DNA of 64,000 nt from an uncultured Bacteroidales bacterium (GTDB lineage Bacteria > Bacteroidota > Bacteroidia > Bacteroidales > DASQZP01). Positions 58,015-64,000 of this stretch are shown piece after piece. The notes under the pieces are model-generated. The model was not told where the DNA came from, did no database searches, and saw only the letters and a list, made by a program, of their open reading frames with translations. The stretch's first letter is position 1. Every line of letters begins with the position of its first letter. A program made the translations under genes and the position numbers. Where the stretch lies: NCBI GenBank assembly GCA_963783315.1, contig CAWAMZ010000008.1, forward strand, positions 4,023 to 68,022, given 5' to 3'.

Positions 58015-59052
58015 TTACATTTTAATTTTAAATACATTAAACTTACTTAGCCATTTATTTCTTCTCTCCATTATCAATACTTCAATTACTATCAAAAACA
58101 ATGCAATGGCAATTGGATACTGGAATTTTTCATCGTATTCCGAGTAGGTTTTCGAATCATATTCCTTTCGGGTCATTTTATTTATCTCGTCAAAGAGCTG
58201 GTTGAGACCCGTTTCAGTATTGTTGGCCCTTACATATATACCATTCCCTGCAGCGGCAATCTTTTTCAGGGTGTTTTCGTCAAGCTTACTTATGACAACA
58301 TTTCCGTTTTTATCTTTCCTGTAAGTTTTGTCTCCGTACTTGCCGGGCATCGGAATAGGAGCTCCCTGAGGCAAACCCATTCCCAGGGTATTTATAATAA
58401 TACCTTTATCGGCGGCTTTTTTGGCTGCTGCCACGGCATCATCATCATGATTTTCACCATCGGTTATGATAATGATCGACTTTTGAAGATCGGAATTCGG
58501 ATCAAATGAATTCATTGCCTGATCGATTGCGCTGCCAATCGCTGTTCCCTGTCGTGGCACGATTTGGGTATTCACAGAGGAAAGAAACAACCGGGCGGCA
58601 CTGTAATCGGAAGTTATTGGGATTTGTATGTAAGATGCTCCGGCAAACACAATCAGGCCAATTTTATCATTGTGCAGGCGATCTGTCAGTTTTTCAATAG
58701 CCAGTTTTGCCCGCTCCAGGCGATTGGGCTTTATATCTTCGGCAAGCATACTGTTTGAAACATCGAGTGCAATTATTAATTCCACTCCCTTTCTTTTGAC
58801 ATTTTGAAGCTTTGTACCAAATTGCGGACCGGCAAGAGCCAGCAAAACCATTGCAAGCGCCAGTACCAGCAAAACAAACTTAAATCCGGGCCTGAAACCG
58901 GATACATCAGGCATTAACGATTTAAGTAATTCCGGATCGCCAAATTTTTTTAATTGACGTTTCTTTGTCCGTTTTGAAATCCAGTAAATGATAAATAAAA
59001 CCGGAATTATGAACAGAACATATAATATTTCGGGATGTGCAAACCTGAACAT
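58015..59052 (-). CDS. batB: BatB-like VWA-domain membrane protein
   Basis: IIALDVSNSM MIDAS motif, flanking TM helices. Confidence 0.85.
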   Translation of the reverse strand: MFRFAHPEILYVLFIIPVLFIIYWISKRTKKRQLKKFGDPELLKSLMPDVSGFRPGFKFVLLVLALAMVLLALAGPQFGTKLQNVKRKGVELIIALDVSNSMLAEDIKPNRLERAKLAIEKLTDRLHNDKIGLIVFAGASYIQIPITSDYSAARLFLSSVNTQIVPRQGTAIGSAIDQAMNSFDPNSDLQKSIIIITDGENHDDDAVAAAKKAADKGIIINTLGMGLPQGAPIPMPGKYGDKTYRKDKNGNVVISKLDENTLKKIAAAGNGIYVRANNTETGLNQLFDEINKMTRKEYDSKTYSEYDEKFQYPIAIALFLIVIEVLIMERRNKWLSKFNVFKIKM

Positions 59053-59132
59053 TTTATATTTTTTTAATCCTGATTAACTAAATTATAACTCATTACCAAA
59101 ATTTTCCATTAAGAGCCACCCGTTCTCGAAAT

Positions 59133-60125
59133 CTAAGGTATCTGTTTCATCCAGGTATTTCTTAACAACAGCTCGATTAGCAACAGAAGTGCTGCAGCTG
59201 CAGCAAACAGGTAAAATTCTTCACTTTTGGAACTGTATTCTTTTACATCAATCTTTGATTTCTCGAGTTGGTCTATTTCATGATAGATCTGCTCCAGTTT
59301 GCTGTTGTCAGTAGCACGGAAATATTCACCATCGGTAAGGTTCGCGATTTCCTTCAATACCCCCTCATCAATCTCAACTTTCATGTTCTGGTATTGAATA
59401 CCAAACGGTGTTTGAACCGGATATGGAGCAGTACCTCTGGACCCCATTCCAATGGTATATACCCTGATCCCGTATGATTTTGCTATCTCAGCCGCTGTCA
59501 GCGGATCAATCTCACCCCGGTTGTTTACACCATCTGTGAGCAGGATAATAACTTTACTTCTGGCCTTACTGTCCTTCAACCTGTTAACTGCAGTGGCCAG
59601 TCCCAGTCCGATGGCTGTTCCGTCTTCAATCATTCCGCTTTTAACCTCTTTGAAAAGATTGATCAGCACAGCATGATCGGTTGTTAAGGGACACTGTGTA
59701 AAAGACTCACCACTGAAAACAACAAGCCCTATCCGGTCGTTTGGCCGGCCGGAGATAAATTGAATAGCTACATCCTTAGAAGCTTCAAGCCGGTCGGGAG
59801 TAAAATCCTGTGCCAGCATACTGCCGGAAATATCCAGTGCAAGCATTATGTCGATCCCTTCAGTTGTTTCATTTTTCCATTTATTAACTGATTGAGGCCT
59901 GGCCAGTGCTACTATCAGTAAAGCAATTGCCAGCATACGCAAGCCAAAAAGCACATGCCTCATTACATTTCTGAAAGAACCGGATATACCTTCAAAAGCT
60001 TTTAATCCTGACACCTGTAAGGACGGATGATACTTATATTGCCGGTAAACATACCATGCGATTATAGGTATCAGTATAAAAAGCAGATATAACAGATCCG
60101 GATTGGCAAAAGTTATATTATTCAT
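59133..60125 (-). CDS. batA: BatA-like VWA-domain membrane protein
   Basis: MLALDISGSM MIDAS motif, flanking TM helices. Confidence 0.85.
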   Translation of the reverse strand: MNNITFANPDLLYLLFILIPIIAWYVYRQYKYHPSLQVSGLKAFEGISGSFRNVMRHVLFGLRMLAIALLIVALARPQSVNKWKNETTEGIDIMLALDISGSMLAQDFTPDRLEASKDVAIQFISGRPNDRIGLVVFSGESFTQCPLTTDHAVLINLFKEVKSGMIEDGTAIGLGLATAVNRLKDSKARSKVIILLTDGVNNRGEIDPLTAAEIAKSYGIRVYTIGMGSRGTAPYPVQTPFGIQYQNMKVEIDEGVLKEIANLTDGEYFRATDNSKLEQIYHEIDQLEKSKIDVKEYSSKSEEFYLFAAAAALLLLIELLLRNTWMKQIP

Positions 60126-60127
60126 TT

Positions 60128-61156
60128 TTATTTCTTATTTTTTTCGGATTCATTCCGTTCTTCATCCTGTTCATTTTCTCTTTTATCTTTTGTCTCAGGC
60201 TCGACACGGGTTTGTTCAACAAAAGTGACTCCCTTTTTTAAATTATCCTCATTCTCTTTAGGCAAAGGCGAAGCTTTGGCAAATTTCACCAGGTCAGCTT
60301 CCTGCAGTAAATCACGCAGCATCGAAATTACATCCCCGGGTATTACACCAGTTGAAATAAAAGAATCGAGAATTTCATCTGAAGTACGCTCCAGTGCATT
60401 AATTGAAAATCGTCTTTCAATATAGTACCTGAGAATGGTAGTTAATTTGATATAATATTCTTTAACCCTCCCCTGTTGCCATAATTTTTCTGCATCCAGA
60501 TTTTGAAGTTCCCGTAATGCAATGACATGAGCTGGTTCAGCAGGTTTTCGTCTGGCGAGGATTGGTTCTTTTTTCTTTCGTTTCCGGATCAATCTGATTA
60601 TAAACCAGGTAATTAGTGCCAGTAATATAACTCCCAGAATATACGGCCACAACTCTGCCAGTGTCCATGGAGCTGACATTGGGGCTTTTATGTCCTTTAC
60701 AACCTGGGTAGTATCTACAGGCATTGTATGTACCATTAACTCAACCGGAGAGGTATAGGCTGTATCAATATTTCCGTTTATATTCACTGAAAAAGGAAGA
60801 GCTGGTATTGTATACCGCCCACTGTCAAAGGAAGTAATCAGATACTGTTGCCGAAGCAACAAAGAACCATCAACTTGTTTTGCAGTATCTACCGGTGATC
60901 CTGAAAGTACCTCAATGTGTTGAGTGAGTGTATCAGCCAGTACCGGAAAACCAACCTGCGTGCCGGGAGATTGTTTGGCCATCAAATTCAGGTGTATCTG
61001 ATCGCCTATAAGCATCTGAGTAGTATCAAGCCGTGCATCCAGTGTCACCGTCTGACCAATTAGCTGAAAAGGCAAAACAAGCAACAAAACAACCAGATTA
61101 AAAGCAATTTTGCCGTAAAACGGTCTTTTATTATGTATACTTTTTAATGGTATCAT
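60128..61156 (-). CDS. Membrane protein with a BatD-like N-terminal domain and a DUF4381-like tail
   Basis: 342 aa. Signal anchor, beta-rich ectodomain, TM helix WPYILGVILLALITWFII, basic stretch, acidic C-terminus. Confidence 0.6.
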   Translation of the reverse strand: MIPLKSIHNKRPFYGKIAFNLVVLLLVLPFQLIGQTVTLDARLDTTQMLIGDQIHLNLMAKQSPGTQVGFPVLADTLTQHIEVLSGSPVDTAKQVDGSLLLRQQYLITSFDSGRYTIPALPFSVNINGNIDTAYTSPVELMVHTMPVDTTQVVKDIKAPMSAPWTLAELWPYILGVILLALITWFIIRLIRKRKKKEPILARRKPAEPAHVIALRELQNLDAEKLWQQGRVKEYYIKLTTILRYYIERRFSINALERTSDEILDSFISTGVIPGDVISMLRDLLQEADLVKFAKASPLPKENEDNLKKGVTFVEQTRVEPETKDKRENEQDEERNESEKNKK

Positions 61157-61173
61157 ATTACACTATGTCGTAC

Positions 61174-62082
61174 TTATCGTTTTTTAAAAAGATTTAACAG
61201 CGGGGTTACATAATCTTCGTCTGTAGCAAGTGAAACATTATCGACACCTGCTCTGGAAAAAGAATCCTTCAATATCAGGCTGAAATTATTCCACCACACC
61301 GTATATGTTTCACGTACATTTTTGCTGGAAGTATTTACCCACAGAAATTTACCTGTCTCAGCATCTCTGAGTTTTATTAAGCCAACAGGTGGCAGCGATG
61401 TTTCCCTCTTGTCAAAAATCCTGAGTGCAATAAGATCATGTTTTCGTGCTGCAATTCTCAATGCATCATTAAACCTTACGGATAGTGGCTGCTGGTTCTT
61501 ATTCTCATCAAAATCCATAAAGTCAGATATCAAAAAAGCTGTGCTTCTTTTCTTAATGGCATTGGTTAAAAACCTCAGGGCACCGGATATATCTGTACTG
61601 GTATTTTCAGGTTCAAATTCAATCAATTCCCTGATTATCCTCAGAATATGCTGCCTTCCTTTTTTAGGGGGTATATATTTCTCGATCTTATCCGAAAATA
61701 ATACAGCCCCGATTTTGTCATTGTTCTGAATAGCAGAAAATGACAAAACTGCCGATAGTTCAGTTATCAGATTCCGCTTTAACTGCTGCTTCGATCCAAA
61801 TTCCCTTGAACCGCTGATGTCCACAAGCAGCATGACTGTCAATTCCCTTTCCTCTTCAAAAATTTTAATATAAGGATGATTGAAACGGGCAGTTACGTTC
61901 CAGTCAATACTGCGAATGTCATCACCGAACTGATATTCCCTTACTTCACTGAAAGCCATCCCCCTGCCCTTAAAAGCACTGTGATATTCCCCTGCAAAAA
62001 CCTGCCGGGAAAGTCCTCTGGTCTTTATCTCAATTTTCCTGACTTTTTTGAGCAGTTCGGAAGTTTCTGTATTTTCAGCCAT
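61174..62082 (-). CDS. DUF58-family protein (MoxR-associated)
   Basis: AGEYHSAFKGRGMAFSEVREYQFGDDIRSIDWNVTAR. The ATG at 62082 avoids a 98-nt overlap with the upstream gene. Confidence 0.85.
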   Translation of the reverse strand: MAENTETSELLKKVRKIEIKTRGLSRQVFAGEYHSAFKGRGMAFSEVREYQFGDDIRSIDWNVTARFNHPYIKIFEEERELTVMLLVDISGSREFGSKQQLKRNLITELSAVLSFSAIQNNDKIGAVLFSDKIEKYIPPKKGRQHILRIIRELIEFEPENTSTDISGALRFLTNAIKKRSTAFLISDFMDFDENKNQQPLSVRFNDALRIAARKHDLIALRIFDKRETSLPPVGLIKLRDAETGKFLWVNTSSKNVRETYTVWWNNFSLILKDSFSRAGVDNVSLATDEDYVTPLLNLFKKR

Positions 62083-62083
62083 T

Positions 62084-62494
62084 TTATTCTTTTTTAGTCG
62101 TAACCGTATAAAACCATTCTCCCTTATCCAATGAGACCCGGTAATGGTTACCCTCAGAAGAAGAAAACCAGGTACTGTCATTCAACTTATGAAATGAACT
62201 GTTAAGCTCTTCAAGCGTAACATCTATATCAGCATAATCGCACATCAGACGGATGGAGGTGCAAAGATCTTCCTCAGTGAGAAAAAAGAGCAATGTACGT
62301 TCATTATACCGGTCGACAAATTTCAAATAATTAAATGACCTGTTCACAAAAGTGTCATCACGGACAAAATCATGATGCTCGGTTCTCATCTCTTCGACGA
62401 TGTCGTTTTTGTACATACCTATGAAATGAGGTGCATCTGCAACAAAACCCGTCTGAAGCAACATTGCTGATAATATGAACAAAAACCTGGTCAT
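62084..62494 (-). CDS. Small secreted protein, unknown function
   Basis: 136 aa with an N-terminal signal peptide. Lies between moxR and the DUF58 gene. Confidence 0.5.
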   Translation of the reverse strand: MTRFLFILSAMLLQTGFVADAPHFIGMYKNDIVEEMRTEHHDFVRDDTFVNRSFNYLKFVDRYNERTLLFFLTEEDLCTSIRLMCDYADIDVTLEELNSSFHKLNDSTWFSSSEGNHYRVSLDKGEWFYTVTTKKE

Positions 62495-62512
62495 CTGTAA
62501 TACTATATTTTA

Positions 62513-63508
62513 TCAGGGTACTTCTACCGTATTTAATATTTCTGAAATAATATCTTCAGAAGTTATATTTTCAGCTTCTGCTTCATAGGTTAATCCTATC
62601 CTGTGTCTCAGTACATCGTGGCAAACCGCTCTTACATCTTCGGGAATGACATAACCACGGCGCTTAATAAAAGCAAAAGCTTTGGCAGCCAGTGCAAGGT
62701 TGATACTGGCACGTGGTGATCCGCCATAACTGATCAGGTTTCTGAATTTACCGAGTTCGTAATCGGCCGGATACCGAGTGGCAAATACTATGTCCAGAAT
62801 ATATTGTTCGATCTTTTCATCCATATATACATCGCTTACCACGCCCCTTGCCTTAAGGATGCTTTCAGTAGTTAAGATTTTGGAAGCAACAGGGAACTGA
62901 CGGCTGAGATTCTGACGAATGATCAAACGCTCCTCCTCTTTTTTCGGATAATCAATCACAACTTTTAACATAAACCGGTCTACCTGTGCTTCGGGAAGCG
63001 GATAAGTACCTTCCTGTTCAATCGGGTTCTGGGTTGCCAGTACAAGAAAAGGTTCTTGCAACCTGAAACTTTCACTTCCGATGGTAACCTGTTTTTCCTG
63101 CATGGCCTCGAGTAAAGCACTCTGTACCTTTGCCGGACTCCGGTTAATCTCATCAGCCAGGATAAAATTAGAAAAAATAGGTCCTTTTTTCACCTGAAAT
63201 TCTTCCTTTTTCTGACTGTAGATCATGGTACCCAGCAAGTCGGCAGGCAACAGATCCGGTGTAAACTGTATCCGCTGGAAACCGGCATCAATCGTATCAG
63301 CCAGTGTTCTTATTGCAAGTGTTTTAGCCAAACCGGGCACTCCTTCCAGCAGAATATGGCCGTTGGTGAGTAAACCAATCAACATGCTTTCAAGCAGGTG
63401 TTTCTGGCCAACAATCACCTTGTGCATTTCCATGTTAATCATATCAACGAAGGCACTTTCCTGCTGAATTCTTTCATTTAGCTCTTTGATGTTTACAGTT
63501 TCATTCAT
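62513..63508 (-). CDS. moxR: MoxR-family AAA+ ATPase
   Basis: Walker A LEGVPGLAKT, Walker B ILADEINR, LATQNPIEQEGTYPLPEAQVDRF. ATG at 63508; the track start at 63580 is GTG. Confidence 0.9.
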   Translation of the reverse strand: MNETVNIKELNERIQQESAFVDMINMEMHKVIVGQKHLLESMLIGLLTNGHILLEGVPGLAKTLAIRTLADTIDAGFQRIQFTPDLLPADLLGTMIYSQKKEEFQVKKGPIFSNFILADEINRSPAKVQSALLEAMQEKQVTIGSESFRLQEPFLVLATQNPIEQEGTYPLPEAQVDRFMLKVVIDYPKKEEERLIIRQNLSRQFPVASKILTTESILKARGVVSDVYMDEKIEQYILDIVFATRYPADYELGKFRNLISYGGSPRASINLALAAKAFAFIKRRGYVIPEDVRAVCHDVLRHRIGLTYEAEAENITSEDIISEILNTVEVP

Positions 63509-63828
63509 ATCCGTATTTGTTTGTTTATTTTTGTGAAGCTGTCTGAAATTTTGTCTGTTAAATTTATTTTTAGGTTTCACAAAATTAATGTTCTCGGCTT
63601 AACCAACGGCACAGAAAATGCTAATATTTTTAAAATGGTTGTTAAAATTTGTTAAACCAGGCTTCCCAAAAGAAGCAGCAAGGTACTGACAAATTTTCAT
63701 ATAAAAATAAATTGATAATACGTTAAGCAAATTAAATCTTTCTTCGTTTTGTACCTTTTGTAATAAATAAAGCAGGAACAGCCTAATAATAAAATATTTA
63801 ATATTTTTGTGCTGAAAACACAACTCAC

Positions 63829-64000
63829 ATGACTAATAAACTGGAATTCAGATATTTTATTATATTATCATACAAAGGGACGCATTATAACGGATGGCAG
63901 GTGCAACCAAACGGAATCACTGTTCAGGGAGTGCTGAATGAAAGGTTAACGCTGATACTGGGGGAAGAAATCAACCTGACCGGTGCCGGCCGCACAGACA
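63829..64000 (+). CDS. truA: tRNA pseudouridine(38-40) synthase TruA, 5' fragment (runs off the window)
   Basis: ATG at 63829. Translation MTNKLEFRYFIILSYKGTHYNGWQVQPNGITVQGVLNERLTLILGEEINLTGAGRTD contains the YxGxxYxGWQxQ and GAGRTD catalytic-Asp motifs. Confidence 0.85.
   Translation, partial: MTNKLEFRYFIILSYKGTHYNGWQVQPNGITVQGVLNERLTLILGEEINLTGAGRTD

Overview
This is a 64 kb chromosomal window from a moderately AT-rich bacterium that looks like Bacteroidota. The evidence is a complete MoxR/DUF58/BatA-E aerotolerance operon, TAnnTTTG-type -7 boxes and few Shine-Dalgarno sites. This taxonomic call is inference only.

Layout:
- 1-1228: truncated membrane-protein gene, then a HUH/Y1 (RAYT/IS200-like) transposase gene lying between two clusters of REP-like palindromes.
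- 1230-3721: NitT/TauT-type ABC importer.
- 3790-4030: GC-rich structured island, a 12-nt tandem repeat and a terminator.
- 4057-12476 (minus): one long operon. It encodes a tetrameric NADH/ferredoxin-type (bifurcating-type) [FeFe]-hydrogenase (hydD-hydB-hydA-hydC). Six regulatory-looking genes precede it: DRTGG, GHKL kinase-like, HydS-like H-cluster protein, DRTGG, PHP, GHKL.
- 12477-13072: AT-rich divergent control region with Rex-like palindromes.
- 13073-19144 (plus): hoxFUYH-hoxW NAD-linked [NiFe]-hydrogenase plus a DHOD-like flavoprotein.
- 19.5-34.7 kb: mostly single genes. They include a Trx/Grx fusion, an orphan groES, nikR, a CDGSH protein, a REC-adenylate cyclase, a J-domain/LRR fusion, an MBL hydrolase, an ATP-grasp protein, a diheme cytochrome c and a PAP2 phosphatase.
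- 35-41.3 kb: LtaS-like sulfatase and a DevABC/MacB-like ABC exporter with a TolC-family protein.
- 42.6-52.2 kb: PfpI, then a treZ-GH57-orf-treY-malQ glucan-to-trehalose cluster.
- 53.4-54.5 kb: tandem Usp and a candidate small RNA.
- 54.6-63.5 kb (minus): moxR-orf-DUF58-DUF4381-batABCDE.
- 63829-64000: 5' end of truA.

No rRNA, tRNA, CRISPR array, integrase or phage genes were seen.

The most interesting candidate is the uncharacterised putative H2-sensing signalling module cotranscribed with the [FeFe]-hydrogenase, together with the dual-hydrogenase locus and its Rex-like operators.

All calls come from reading the sequence and translations without tools. Hand-located motif coordinates may be off by 1-2 nt, so the motif sequences are quoted.
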